This document shows, piece by piece, positions 9,065 through 18,918 of a DNA stretch of 43,456 nucleotides. The stretch's first letter is position 1, and every line of letters begins with the position of its first letter. The DNA comes from an uncultured archaeon (GTDB taxonomy: Archaea; Altiarchaeota; Altiarchaeia; IMC4; SCGC-AAA252-I15): assembly GCA_902384455.1 (NCBI GenBank), contig CABMCB010000064.1, positions 1-43,456 on the forward strand, read 5' to 3'. The translations under genes and the position numbers were made by a program. Below the pieces are notes generated by a model. It searched no databases. It worked only from the letters and a program-made list of their open reading frames with translations, and had not been told where the DNA came from.

Positions 9065-10360
9065 ATGGCTGACGGAACACGGCAGTATTCGCTCAATAAG
9101 GTACTGCTCCTTTCGTCCTTCCTGCTTTTTGCCGCCCTCCTCATCGGGCAGACCTCCAGCACCTTCGGGTTTTTTATGACCCAACCTAATCCGTCCGCGC
9201 TCCCACAAGCCATTACTACGACATCAATCCAGAACAGACTACCCACGACGACCCAACCCCCCGCAGCAATAAGCCAACCCGCAACTCAACAACCGCAGAC
9301 AGCTTCCCCCACTTCGACGGCAACGCCGCTAGCACCGACCTCATCTGGAGGCTACTTCCCCAACATAATCGGGCTTTGCACAGACAACTGCCCCAATGGC
9401 GTCACGATAGAATGCGACGCAGATACCTTCTGCCCGCAGTATCCAGCGTGCGCTTCGATAACCCCCCCAAATGACTGCATTTCCCACCTAAAAGCCAGTA
9501 CTTGTACGAACCTCGGATTCACCAGCGGCTGGACTCAGCCGTGGGCGTACATAAACAATTTCGACTGCGCAGACTGGGTGCTGACAAACCCCCCGTATTC
9601 CACAGCCTCAGTAGCCACTAAAATAGAGGAGTGCTGTATCTGGATTCATGAGAACGGCCATCAATGCCCCCACCCACGAGACAACATATGCCATGAGATG
9701 CTGAACGAAGGAGGCCCCCAGAAGAAGTGCTTAGAGGAGGCAGCAAAAACCATCTGCGCCTCAGGTACCCGACTTTCCGACTGCACTCAACTTTGCGGAG
9801 CATTGTATACACTCAAAGTCTGGCAAGTCAAAGATTCCTGTAGATGTCGAAGGAAAAATTCTTCCCCCAACGGCGCAATAACAGGGAAGGACTGCTGCGA
9901 CTGCTACGATGAATGCGTTGATAAAATCACTGCATATCAACCGCCACCTTATTGCACTGGATTTGTTCCAGCACCAACCATAAGCGACGCAAAGGCTAGC
10001 TGCGCTTATGAGGGCCCATCTCACAACTGCAACTATTTCGGCGGCCCACCCAATTTTGACGCCAACATCTGCCACCCAGCTGCTAGCGGCGACTGGAAGT
10101 TCGCCGGCGGTTGGGCGGGTGAGACGACATTCGACTTCTGCGGGTCTTTGAAGGCCGTCGCCTGCACATCAAACCCAGCGGCGTGGGTGGACGGATCGAC
10201 GTTCAGCGGCTCGACAGGCGGGTGTAGCCAGCAGAAAGTCAAGGAAGTAAGTGACTTCACCTGCAAAGTAGACCCCGTAGGGCTCGGAGGACCAGTTGGA
10301 GGGATATACAACTTCGTGTCCGCATCGGCGACCTGCAAATGCGAAACCCCGATAAGTTAA
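9065..10360 (+). CDS. Secreted or anchored Cys-rich protein with Thr/Pro/Gln linker and HExxH motif
   Basis: N-terminal hydrophobic helix, low-complexity T/P/Q stalk, dozens of Cys, and CCIWIHENGH. Confidence 0.75.
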   Translation: MADGTRQYSLNKVLLLSSFLLFAALLIGQTSSTFGFFMTQPNPSALPQAITTTSIQNRLPTTTQPPAAISQPATQQPQTASPTSTATPLAPTSSGGYFPNIIGLCTDNCPNGVTIECDADTFCPQYPACASITPPNDCISHLKASTCTNLGFTSGWTQPWAYINNFDCADWVLTNPPYSTASVATKIEECCIWIHENGHQCPHPRDNICHEMLNEGGPQKKCLEEAAKTICASGTRLSDCTQLCGALYTLKVWQVKDSCRCRRKNSSPNGAITGKDCCDCYDECVDKITAYQPPPYCTGFVPAPTISDAKASCAYEGPSHNCNYFGGPPNFDANICHPAASGDWKFAGGWAGETTFDFCGSLKAVACTSNPAAWVDGSTFSGSTGGCSQQKVKEVSDFTCKVDPVGLGGPVGGIYNFVSASATCKCETPIS

Positions 10361-10390
10361 CTGCCGGTAACTTGGGCGAATAACCGGTAT

Positions 10391-10822
10391 TCAACCAAGC
10401 GCAATTATAAGCGCTCCAACGACGATTAAAAGGCCTCCGACTGCTATTTTAGCCGTGACTCGTTCACCGAGGAGAATTGCGGCAAGTACTATTGTGAATA
10501 CTACGCTCAGGCGGTCTATTGGAGCTACCTGCGACGCCTTACCCAGCTTCAAAGCCAGAAAGTAGAAGAGCCACGAAAGCGCCCCGGCGACTCCAGATAA
10601 TACTATGTACTTCATCGCCACGGAGTTTGAGGTTACAGCTGAAACTTCGCCCAACTTACCTTGAAGCAGAAGAACGCCCAACAGAAACAGCGCCATAATT
10701 ACCGCCCTTACCGCAGTCGCAACGTTGGAGTCAACACCTTGGAGACCGACTTTCCCAAATATGGCGACGAGAGAGGCAAATATCGCGGAAAGCAGGGCGA
10801 ACAAAAGCCAGCCGGATTCCAT
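10391..10822 (-). CDS. EamA/DMT family transporter (single domain)
   Basis: ALLSAxFA...KVG, YFxAL...ASQVAPIDRLSVV and LGE motifs; 5 TM. Confidence 0.92.
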   Translation of the reverse strand: MESGWLLFALLSAIFASLVAIFGKVGLQGVDSNVATAVRAVIMALFLLGVLLLQGKLGEVSAVTSNSVAMKYIVLSGVAGALSWLFYFLALKLGKASQVAPIDRLSVVFTIVLAAILLGERVTAKIAVGGLLIVVGALIIALG

Positions 10823-10856
10823 GAGGTACTATGGTTTGGAGCAGGTAAAAAGTTTA

Positions 10857-11597
10857 TCAATCGTGCACTGGCACTATGTGGCTCCATACGGCAAGTTCCC
10901 TTTCTTTTTTGCGCCAGTCAGGTTCAGCTTCCGCCAGAGCGCGGCGGTACCCTGGCCCGTGTTGAGCGTGCAATCCCGCCTTAAGGTGAGCCAGCTCATG
11001 CACCATAAGGTACTCAAGAAGGTCTTTGGGCAGAAACAGTGCGCGCACAGAAAGGCGGACTATTCTGTCGCGGCAAATGTTCGCCCACCGAGTGTTTTGA
11101 CGCGTTATTTCAACGTCCTCTATGGGCGTTTCTGCGTTGAAATATTTCCTGCTTATTTCGTCGGCCAAAAGTAGAAGCCGCGCATATTCGCTTTTCGCCC
11201 AATGCTCACGGATTAACGCTGAAACAGCTCTTCTTTGAGTCTGATAATGCATGCCAGACGGAAGCACGACAAGGAGTGTGCTGCCTTCAATGCGGGCGGC
11301 CGGATGCTTCCTGAATTCGGTTTCCTTTATGGATAGGATGAGCCATTTTCCGCCTGAACGTATCGCTTCGCCGTCTTCGTATACGCGGCGTCTTGGGGGC
11401 ACTCTGATTCGGCGGACGAGCTTTTTTCTGACGCGCTCAACAAGCGTTGCGGCGACTTTCTCGGCTTCCGCCTTAGGAAGCCGGTTGGATAATATCACTT
11501 TGATTACGCCTTCTTCAGGGTCAAACCAGGCTGAAGAAGAACGCTTGCTTTTTTGCGTCACAACGACTGGGACGGCAGAGTAGTCCACGGCGAGCAC
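10857..11597 (-). CDS. YgjP/DUF45-like zinc-dependent hydrolase
   Basis: TRWA, YLMVHELAHL...H and PDW motifs typical of the family. Confidence 0.85.
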   Translation of the reverse strand: MLAVDYSAVPVVVTQKSKRSSSAWFDPEEGVIKVILSNRLPKAEAEKVAATLVERVRKKLVRRIRVPPRRRVYEDGEAIRSGGKWLILSIKETEFRKHPAARIEGSTLLVVLPSGMHYQTQRRAVSALIREHWAKSEYARLLLLADEISRKYFNAETPIEDVEITRQNTRWANICRDRIVRLSVRALFLPKDLLEYLMVHELAHLKAGLHAQHGPGYRRALAEAEPDWRKKERELAVWSHIVPVHD

Positions 11598-11601
11598 CGG
11601 C

Positions 11602-12927
11602 TTAAGGCTTCCATGCCCGGTTAAGCGGGCGGTGAACGTATTTCCTGGCTTTTTCCCCTACGTAGTCGGCGACTTTCTGGCCGCTTCCTTTTAGAATCCA
11701 TTTGTAGATTATTAGGCCTTCTAGTCCTACTGGGCCGCGGGCGTGTATTTTGTTTGTTGATATTCCTATTTCGGCGCCTAGTCCGTATCTGTATCCGTCT
11801 GCGAATCGTGTGCTTGCGTTGTGCATTACGCTTGCGGAGTCTGTTTGGTTTAGGAATGTTGAGGCGGCTTTTTTGTCGTCGGTTATTATTGCGTCTGTGT
11901 GGTGGCTTCCGTATTTGTTTATGTGGGCTATTGCTTCCGTAAGTGATGGGACTGTTTTGATGTTGACTTTGAGGTCGTTGTATTCTGTGTAGTAGTCTTC
12001 TTCGGTGGCTGGTTTCACTTTTTTGCCGCCGATTTTTTGTACCTGCGTGCTTCCTTTTATTTCCACTTCGTTTTCTGAAAGCGCTTTGACTAATGTAGGG
12101 ATGAATTTTTTGGCGACGTCTTTGTGGACGAGAATGGTTTCCGTAGCGTTGCATACGGCGGGGTACTGGCATTTGGCGTCCACGCACAGGTTCTCCGCCA
12201 TCTTTAGGTCGGCTTTGGCGTCCACGTACATGTGGCAGCGTCCTGCGGCGTGGCCGAGAACAGGTATTTTTGTGTTCTCCATTATGTGTTTGACGAACTG
12301 GTTGCTTCCGCGCGGAATCATCAAGTCCACGAGTTCGTCTAGGGCCAGCAACTGTGCGACTTCTTCGCGGGATGTGAGAACTTGAAGCCAGCCGTCGGGT
12401 ATTTCCGCGACTGACGCGGCCGCTTCAACGAGTATTTTGGCGAGAGTTTTGTTGCTTTCGTCTGCTTCGCGGCCTCCTTTCATTAGCACTGCGTTTCCGC
12501 TTTTGAGGGCTAAGGAGGCTATTTGGGGTACGGCGTCTGGGCGGCTCTCGAATACTATTCCTAGGACGCCTATGGGGACTGTGACTTTGTAGAGGGTTAG
12601 TCCTGCGTCGAGTTCGGTGCAGGATAATGTTTTTCCTGTGGGGTCGGGCAGGCGGGCTACACTTCGTATTCCTTCTGCTATGGCGCCTATCTTGCTTTCA
12701 GACAGCTTTAGGCGGTCATACAGCGCCTTAGACAGCTTGCCTTGTTTGACGAGTGTTTGCGCAGCATCAAGGTCTTTTTTGTTCGCCGAAAGAATTTCTG
12801 CGCGCCTTTTTACGACGGCGTCTGCCATCGCCTTCAGCGCCTTGTTTTTCGCCTCTTCAGGCACGTTCGCCAACTGCCATGAGGCTTCGCGGGCCTTCTT
12901 CGCCCTTGATTTGACGTCGCTTTTCAC
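11602..12927 (-). CDS. proA: Gamma-glutamyl phosphate reductase
   Basis: IVFESRP, LKSGNAV, IPRGS, VCNATET, NASTRFADG and GAEIGIST...HARGPVGL; GTGA overlap with proB. Confidence 0.98.
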   Translation of the reverse strand: MKSDVKSRAKKAREASWQLANVPEEAKNKALKAMADAVVKRRAEILSANKKDLDAAQTLVKQGKLSKALYDRLKLSESKIGAIAEGIRSVARLPDPTGKTLSCTELDAGLTLYKVTVPIGVLGIVFESRPDAVPQIASLALKSGNAVLMKGGREADESNKTLAKILVEAAASVAEIPDGWLQVLTSREEVAQLLALDELVDLMIPRGSNQFVKHIMENTKIPVLGHAAGRCHMYVDAKADLKMAENLCVDAKCQYPAVCNATETILVHKDVAKKFIPTLVKALSENEVEIKGSTQVQKIGGKKVKPATEEDYYTEYNDLKVNIKTVPSLTEAIAHINKYGSHHTDAIITDDKKAASTFLNQTDSASVMHNASTRFADGYRYGLGAEIGISTNKIHARGPVGLEGLIIYKWILKGSGQKVADYVGEKARKYVHRPLNRAWKP

Positions 12928-14042
12928 AGTAAAATGATGTTGTCGTGGTGGATTACTTCCTTTTTAGACGTTTCCCCAAGAAGCGCTTTGATGTCTTTGG
13001 TCTGGGCGCCCTTGATTTTATCTGCGTCCTTGCGCCCCAAATTGATTATGCCGCGCGCAAAATCGCAGCCCCTCTCATCGGCTACGCTAACCAAATCCCC
13101 CTTCTTGAAAGAGCCTTCAACGCCCGTCACACCTGAAGGAAGAAGGCTTTTTCCGCCTGACAAAAGAGCTTTCTTAGCTCCCTCATCAACGCTCACCTTA
13201 CCTTTAGGCCGGCCTGAAAACCTCATCCATACGTCCCGGTCGGAATGCTCTTTTGCGGGCACGAACAAAGTGCCCACTTCCTCGCCGGAAGCCGCCTTAA
13301 GTATCACGTTTACCGCGTTCCCGTCAACAAACACGAGAGGAATGCCGGCTTTCATGGTTATTTTTGCGGCCTCCAGTTTGCTTTTTATTCCGCCTACTCC
13401 TCCGTGTCGGCTTTTTCCTTCGGCGAGTTTTTCGACTTCCTTGATGTCTTGGACTGTTCGTATGGGCGTCGCTTTTTTGGTGCGCGTTGGGTCTTGTGTG
13501 TGGAGTCCGTCGGTGCTTGAGAGCATTATGAGGAGGTCGGCTTCGAGGCTTACCGCGGTTTGGGCTGCGAGCGTGTCGTTGTCTCCGAACTTTATTTCAG
13601 CTACCGCTACGGAGTCGTTTTCGTTTATTATGGGCACTACCCCCATTTTGAGCAGCGCGTTGAATGTGTTTCTTAGGTTCAGGAAGCGCGCTCGGTCTGC
13701 GAAGTCGTCGCGCGTAAGAAGTACTTGACCCGTCTTTTGGCCGCTTTTTGCGAAGAGGTCGTCGTATTTTTTCATCAGCGCGCTTTGGCCTACTGCGGCG
13801 CATGCTTGGAGGGTGTTTATGTCTTTGGGGCGGTGTTTTAGTCCCAGTTGGCTTATGCCTGCGGCTATGGCTCCGGATGAGACTATGATGACTTCGTGTC
13901 CTTCCTTTTTGAGCGCCATTGTTTGGCGCACCAAGTTTCCTATGCGTTTTTCGTCGAGCCTTAGGTTTTCGTCGGTGAGGGTGCGTGTTCCCGCTTTGAC
14001 GACTATTCGATTGTTTTTCGCTAGGATGCACTTGCGGTCCAT
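12924..14042 (-). CDS. proB: Glutamate 5-kinase with PUA domain
   Basis: IVVKAG, VSSGAI, AAVGQ, NEND, FGDNDTL and a C-terminal PUA domain (GKSLLPSG). Confidence 0.98.
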   Translation of the reverse strand: MDRKCILAKNNRIVVKAGTRTLTDENLRLDEKRIGNLVRQTMALKKEGHEVIIVSSGAIAAGISQLGLKHRPKDINTLQACAAVGQSALMKKYDDLFAKSGQKTGQVLLTRDDFADRARFLNLRNTFNALLKMGVVPIINENDSVAVAEIKFGDNDTLAAQTAVSLEADLLIMLSSTDGLHTQDPTRTKKATPIRTVQDIKEVEKLAEGKSRHGGVGGIKSKLEAAKITMKAGIPLVFVDGNAVNVILKAASGEEVGTLFVPAKEHSDRDVWMRFSGRPKGKVSVDEGAKKALLSGGKSLLPSGVTGVEGSFKKGDLVSVADERGCDFARGIINLGRKDADKIKGAQTKDIKALLGETSKKEVIHHDNIILL

Positions 14043-14086
14043 TTTACTGCTTTTATTTTGGATTTGCCGCCCTATTAAATTCCGGC

Positions 14087-14761
14087 ATGAGAGTTTCAGT
14101 GTTGTTTTCAGGCGGCAAAGACAGCGCCTACGCCCTGTATTGGGCGTTAAACCAGGGTTGGGATGTGGCCGAGCTTCTGACCTTAAGGAGCGGGCGCGAC
14201 GACAGCTACATGTTTCATGTGCCTTGCGTGGACTTGACGCCTCTTCAGGCTAAGGCATCTGGTCTTCCTCATAGGTTGGTTGATGTTTCGGGCGTTAAGG
14301 AGGATGAGGTTGACGAGCTTATCAAGGCTTTTGATGGGGTTGACGTTGACGGCTTTGTTTCGGGGGCGTTGGCCAGCGAATACCAGAGGACTCGGCTTGA
14401 GCGCGTTGGAGAAGCAACAGGCCTTAAGTCTTTCACTCCTTTGTGGCATAAGGACCCCCGTATGCTACTGTTGGACATGATTCGCGGCGGGTTTGACGTG
14501 CGTTTTTCTGCTGTTGCGGCCGAGGGTTTTACTGAAAGTTGGGCTGGCCGTCGGCTTGATGAGTCGGTTGTTGAGGAGTTGGTCCGGTTGAATGGGAAGT
14601 TTAAGGTTCATGTTGGCGGCGAAGGCGGGGAATATGAGTCGGTGGTTTTGGACGCCCCTTTTTTCTCGCGTAAAATTGAGGTTTCCGATTCTTACGTAGT
14701 AAAGACCGGCCCTTCAGGATACAGGTGGATGGTTAAGAAGGCGGCGTTGATTGGGAAGTAA
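14087..14761 (+). CDS. dph6: Diphthine--ammonia ligase family (PP-loop ATPase)
   Basis: FSGGKDS, SYMFH, SEYQRTR, PLW and GEGGEYES motifs. Confidence 0.92.
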   Translation: MRVSVLFSGGKDSAYALYWALNQGWDVAELLTLRSGRDDSYMFHVPCVDLTPLQAKASGLPHRLVDVSGVKEDEVDELIKAFDGVDVDGFVSGALASEYQRTRLERVGEATGLKSFTPLWHKDPRMLLLDMIRGGFDVRFSAVAAEGFTESWAGRRLDESVVEELVRLNGKFKVHVGGEGGEYESVVLDAPFFSRKIEVSDSYVVKTGPSGYRWMVKKAALIGK

Positions 14762-15460
14762 CTAGATTATTTCTTCGCCGTGGATTATGTGTAGGCCTAC
14801 TTGGTCTATGTTGAATGGGACTATTTTGGTTAGGTGTTTTGTTCCGCGCATTTTGAGCACTTCGATTGCTCTGCGGCGTAAGCTTCCTTTGCGCAGGTTG
14901 TATAGTATTACGACTGCGTCTGTGGTGTAGCCCACAAGGTTTTCTTGGGTGACTGCCGAGGGGTCTGTGCGGGCTTCGCTTGTCGCAACTATTGTCGCCC
15001 CCGTGCCCTTGAGGTATTGGAGTATGTTGTGGATTTCCCAGCGTCTAAGGTACGGTCCCTCGGACATCATTTCCACCTGGTTCATGCTGTCGATTACTAT
15101 GCATTCTGGGTTGTACTTGTCAAGTAGGACGCCTACTGAACTGCTTTTGGGGTTTCTTATGAGCTTGACGATTTCCTCGGGGGTGGTCTGGGTGATAATC
15201 AGCTTGCCTTCTTCCTCAAGCTTGGGCAGATTCCAGTCGTACCTCTTGAAGTTCTCCCTCATGTCGGCGGGCTCCTCCTCCATCGTGAAGTAGACGCCTA
15301 ACCGGCCTTCTGCTGCGTTTTTTGCCAGGAACTGCATGGCCATCGTGCTTTTGCCTGTTCCGCAGCCGCCGACTAGCAGGTTGGCGGATTTTATTTTTAT
15401 TCCGCCTTCAATCATTTCGTCGAGCCCTGGAACCCCGGATGGTAAGCGACCTTCAGTCAT
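14762..15460 (-). CDS. Single-domain KaiC/RAD55-like RecA-superfamily ATPase
   Basis: SGVPGLDEMIEGG, Walker A GGCGTGKS, EE, Walker B IVIDS and KMRGT. Confidence 0.92.
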   Translation of the reverse strand: MTEGRLPSGVPGLDEMIEGGIKIKSANLLVGGCGTGKSTMAMQFLAKNAAEGRLGVYFTMEEEPADMRENFKRYDWNLPKLEEEGKLIITQTTPEEIVKLIRNPKSSSVGVLLDKYNPECIVIDSMNQVEMMSEGPYLRRWEIHNILQYLKGTGATIVATSEARTDPSAVTQENLVGYTTDAVVILYNLRKGSLRRRAIEVLKMRGTKHLTKIVPFNIDQVGLHIIHGEEII

Positions 15461-15571
15461 TTTGGTGAACGTTTGTGTGAATTGATTGGTCTCTTGATTT
15501 TAAATAGAGGGAAAGGTTAATGGGGGGTGGGTGAGTGCTTTAAATCCATGAAAAGCCCACTTAACCACTCT

Positions 15572-18151
15572 ATGGTAGCTTATGTTAAGGTGCCTGATTC
15601 GGATGAGGCGATTATTGCCGAGCTTGACCCTCTGGTCGCGCGTTGGTTTAAGGGTAGGTTCACTTCTTTCGCTCCTCCGCAGAGGTACACTATTTTGCCG
15701 ATTCATCGGGGAGAAAACATCCTTGTGTCTGCGCCAACAGGAAGCGGGAAGACGCTTACTGCGTTCCTTGCCGTCTTGAACGAGCTGATAAAGCAGTCTA
15801 AGGCGGGCAAATTGGAGGATAAAGTCTACTGCCTTTACGTAAGCCCACTTAAGGCGCTAAACAACGACATCAAAAGGAACCTTCTTGAGCCTCTTTCGGA
15901 GATGGAAGGCATTTCTGGGCGGGATTTGGGGATAAGGGTTATGGTGCGCACCGGCGACACCTCTGAGGCGGAGAGGGCTCGGATGCGCGAGACCCCTCCG
16001 CACATTCTGATTACGACACCTGAGTCTCTTTCTATCATGCTTGTCAGCCCGCGTTTCAAGGAGCATTTGAGGGACATCAAGTGGGTTGTGGTTGACGAGA
16101 TTCACGCTCTTGCGGAAAGCAAGCGAGGAGTCGACTTGTCTTTGTCTTTGGAGAGGCTTCAGGAGCATGCGGGACGCTTCTGTAGGGTGGGATTGTCAGC
16201 GACGATTAGCCCTCTGCCGAAGATTGCTGAGTACCTTGCGGGGTACGAAGCAGGCAAGCCGCGGGACTGCCATGTGGTGGACGTGCAGGCGTTCAAGCAG
16301 CTGGACTTGAAGGTGCTTTCTCCAGTGAAAGACCTCATAAACACGTCTCAGACCGAGCTTCAAGATGCCATGTACAACCTCATCGACGACCTGATTCAGA
16401 AACACCGCACGACTCTTATATTCACCAACACCCGCGCAGGAACAGAACGCCTGGTCATAGAACTCAAGAAGAGGTTTCCGGAAAACTACAAAGACAACAT
16501 AGGCGCCCACCACGGAAGCCTTGCCGCAGAACACCGCCAAAACATAGAGGAGCAATTGAAAAACGGCGAACTTAAGGTGGTAGTCTCAAGCACAAGCTTG
16601 GAGTTAGGCATAGACATAGGATACATAGACCTCGTCATACTACTTGGCAGCCCCAAAAGCGTTGCCCGCGCACTGCAAAGAACAGGCAGAAGCGGCCACC
16701 GCCTCCACGACGTAAGCAAAGGCCGCATAGTGGTTTTGGACCGCGACGATTTGGTGGAGTGCGCGGTTTTGTTGAAGTGCGCTTTGGAGGGCGTATTGGA
16801 CGAGATAGATATCCCGGAACGCAGTTTGGACGTTTTGGCGCAGCACCTGTACGGCATAGCAATCGAAGACCGCAAGTACGTGGACAACGTCTTTGACATG
16901 GTGAAAAGAAGTTTTTGCTACCGGAACCTTTCGCGCGAGGAATTCGACAGCGTAATGTCTTACCTGTCCGGAGGGTACGTGGACCTTGAAGAACGCCGCG
17001 TATACGCCAAAATATGGTGGGACCAAGACACCGGCATGATGGGAAAGAGAGGCAAAATGGCGCGCCCAATACTAAGCCAAAACATAGGCACCATCCCCGA
17101 AGAATCCTACATCACAGTGAAAGTGGGCGAACGAAAAGTAGGCGAAGTAGACGAAGGATTCATATCCCGCCTCAAAAAAGGCGACATATTCGTCTTAGGC
17201 GGAAACCTATACCGATTCAACTACAGCCGCGGAATGACAATGCAAGTCACAGAAAGCGACGGCCCACCCACAGTCCCAACGTGGGTCTCGGAAATGCTCC
17301 CCCTTTCATACGGACTCGCAAAGGAAATCCAGAAATTCAGGCGACTGATGAACGAAAGGATGGACGACCCTAAGGCGGACGTTATGAAGTTTCTCTCTAC
17401 TTACCTCTACGTCGACGAATACGCCCGCGAAGCGATATACTGGTACTTTAGGGAACAATACAAGTACGCGAAAATACCCCACGACCGCAAAATAATAGTC
17501 GAATACTACGAAGGATTCGGACAAAGGTACGTCGTATTCCACACCCTCTTCGGACGCCGCGTCAACGACGTCTTAAGCAGGGCGCTCGCGTACCTTGTGA
17601 GCAAAAGGCAGGGGAAAGACGTTTTGATAGGGCTGTCGGACAACGGATTCTACCTTTCGGGGAAAGGGAAAATGCAGATTCAGCAGGCGTTCGACGACCT
17701 GAAGGAAAGCAACCTAAGGCTGGTTTTGGAGCGCGCAATAGACAAGACAGACGTACTGGTGAGGAGATTCCGCCACTGCGCCACACGCGCACTGATGATA
17801 CTGCGCTCATACCGCGGCACAAGGATGAGCACAGGCCGCCAGCAAGTTGGCAGCAAGATTCTATTAAGGTACATTCAACGGCTCAACCCTGATTTTAGCA
17901 TACTGCGCGAGGCGCGCAGGGAAGTCTTGGAGGACTTGATGGACGTGCGGCACGCCGCGGAAGTCGTCGAAGGACTAAGAAGCGGCCGCATAACCGTCGA
18001 AACCATAGACACCGATGTCCCCTCGCCTTTCGCCCTTTCCCTTGTGGCGCGCGGATACATGGACGCAGTCAAAATGGAGGACCGCCTCGACTTCATACGC
18101 AGAATGCATGAGGCCACAATCGTGCGAATATCCCGCAAAGGAGGACTGTGA
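15572..18151 (+). CDS. lhr: Lhr-like ATP-dependent SF2 helicase
   Basis: APTGSGKT, SPLKAL, RTGD, TTPESL, DEIH, SAT, HHGSL, SLELGIDIG and QRTGRSGH. Start placed at ATG 15572, about 30 nt after TTTAAAT. Confidence 0.95.
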   Translation: MVAYVKVPDSDEAIIAELDPLVARWFKGRFTSFAPPQRYTILPIHRGENILVSAPTGSGKTLTAFLAVLNELIKQSKAGKLEDKVYCLYVSPLKALNNDIKRNLLEPLSEMEGISGRDLGIRVMVRTGDTSEAERARMRETPPHILITTPESLSIMLVSPRFKEHLRDIKWVVVDEIHALAESKRGVDLSLSLERLQEHAGRFCRVGLSATISPLPKIAEYLAGYEAGKPRDCHVVDVQAFKQLDLKVLSPVKDLINTSQTELQDAMYNLIDDLIQKHRTTLIFTNTRAGTERLVIELKKRFPENYKDNIGAHHGSLAAEHRQNIEEQLKNGELKVVVSSTSLELGIDIGYIDLVILLGSPKSVARALQRTGRSGHRLHDVSKGRIVVLDRDDLVECAVLLKCALEGVLDEIDIPERSLDVLAQHLYGIAIEDRKYVDNVFDMVKRSFCYRNLSREEFDSVMSYLSGGYVDLEERRVYAKIWWDQDTGMMGKRGKMARPILSQNIGTIPEESYITVKVGERKVGEVDEGFISRLKKGDIFVLGGNLYRFNYSRGMTMQVTESDGPPTVPTWVSEMLPLSYGLAKEIQKFRRLMNERMDDPKADVMKFLSTYLYVDEYAREAIYWYFREQYKYAKIPHDRKIIVEYYEGFGQRYVVFHTLFGRRVNDVLSRALAYLVSKRQGKDVLIGLSDNGFYLSGKGKMQIQQAFDDLKESNLRLVLERAIDKTDVLVRRFRHCATRALMILRSYRGTRMSTGRQQVGSKILLRYIQRLNPDFSILREARREVLEDLMDVRHAAEVVEGLRSGRITVETIDTDVPSPFALSLVARGYMDAVKMEDRLDFIRRMHEATIVRISRKGGL

Positions 18152-18879
18152 TGAAGCCGTTTGTAATATCGCAGGGAATAGAAGCGGTCGGACTGACTCT
18201 GCACCTTACTGAAAGCAACACCCTCGTATTAGGCGACCTCCAGTTGGGCTATGAAAGCGAACTTAGAGCTTCAGGAGTGCTCCTGCCGGACATACAGTAC
18301 AAGCAGGTTTTATCCCACATTACAGCCGCAGTCGAAGAAGCCCAACCCCAAGAAATCATCCTAAACGGCGACGTAAAACACTCGTTCGGCAGCGTAAGCC
18401 CCCAAGAATGGCGGGAAGTGAAACAACTTTTTGCCGCACTCAAAGACCACAAAATCACTGTGCTACGCGGCAACCACGACCCCCTGCTACCCCAAATCAC
18501 CAAAGACCTCAACATCCAAACCGCAGACCACAAATACCTCCCAAAAGAAAACGCATACATAACCCACGGCCACCGCATACCCGACGACCCCGACTACAAA
18601 AAATCAGAGATAGTAATAATAGGCCACGACCACCCCGCATTAGGCGTCTCAGACGGCGTAAGAACCGAACTAGTCAAATGCTTCCTAACAGGCAGATACG
18701 AAGGGAAACGCCTTATTGTGCTCCCCAGCATAACATTCCTCACCGAAGGAACCGACCTCCTTAAGGAAACACCGCTTTCGCCTTTTCTTTCAGGCGACAT
18801 ACGCGAATTCAAAGCTTACGCCTACGCAGACGGAACAATACTGCCTTTCGGAAAACTGAAAGACGCAACCCGCACCTAA
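18151..18879 (+). CDS. Lhr-associated calcineurin-like metallophosphoesterase
   Basis: DLQLG (DxH variant), NGDVKH, RGNHD, HGH and GHDHP; TGATG coupling to lhr. Confidence 0.92.
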   Translation: MKPFVISQGIEAVGLTLHLTESNTLVLGDLQLGYESELRASGVLLPDIQYKQVLSHITAAVEEAQPQEIILNGDVKHSFGSVSPQEWREVKQLFAALKDHKITVLRGNHDPLLPQITKDLNIQTADHKYLPKENAYITHGHRIPDDPDYKKSEIVIIGHDHPALGVSDGVRTELVKCFLTGRYEGKRLIVLPSITFLTEGTDLLKETPLSPFLSGDIREFKAYAYADGTILPFGKLKDATRT

Positions 18880-18918
18880 ACCCGCTATTTAACGATGCCA
18901 AAGAAATTACATTACTTG

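Noticed and set aside
12934-13728. Long antisense ORFs (also 26140..27015, 34254..35159, 643..1332, 30904..31659)
   Set aside because: They are shadows of clearly identified genes and have no motifs; biased codon use suppresses stops in other frames.
14762-15460. KaiC-like ATPase as a circadian clock
   Set aside because: It is single-domain with no kaiA or kaiB nearby; such ATPases are common archaeal paralogues.
15572-18879. lhr-metallophosphoesterase pair as a novel system
   Set aside because: This gene association is already known in archaea and bacteria.
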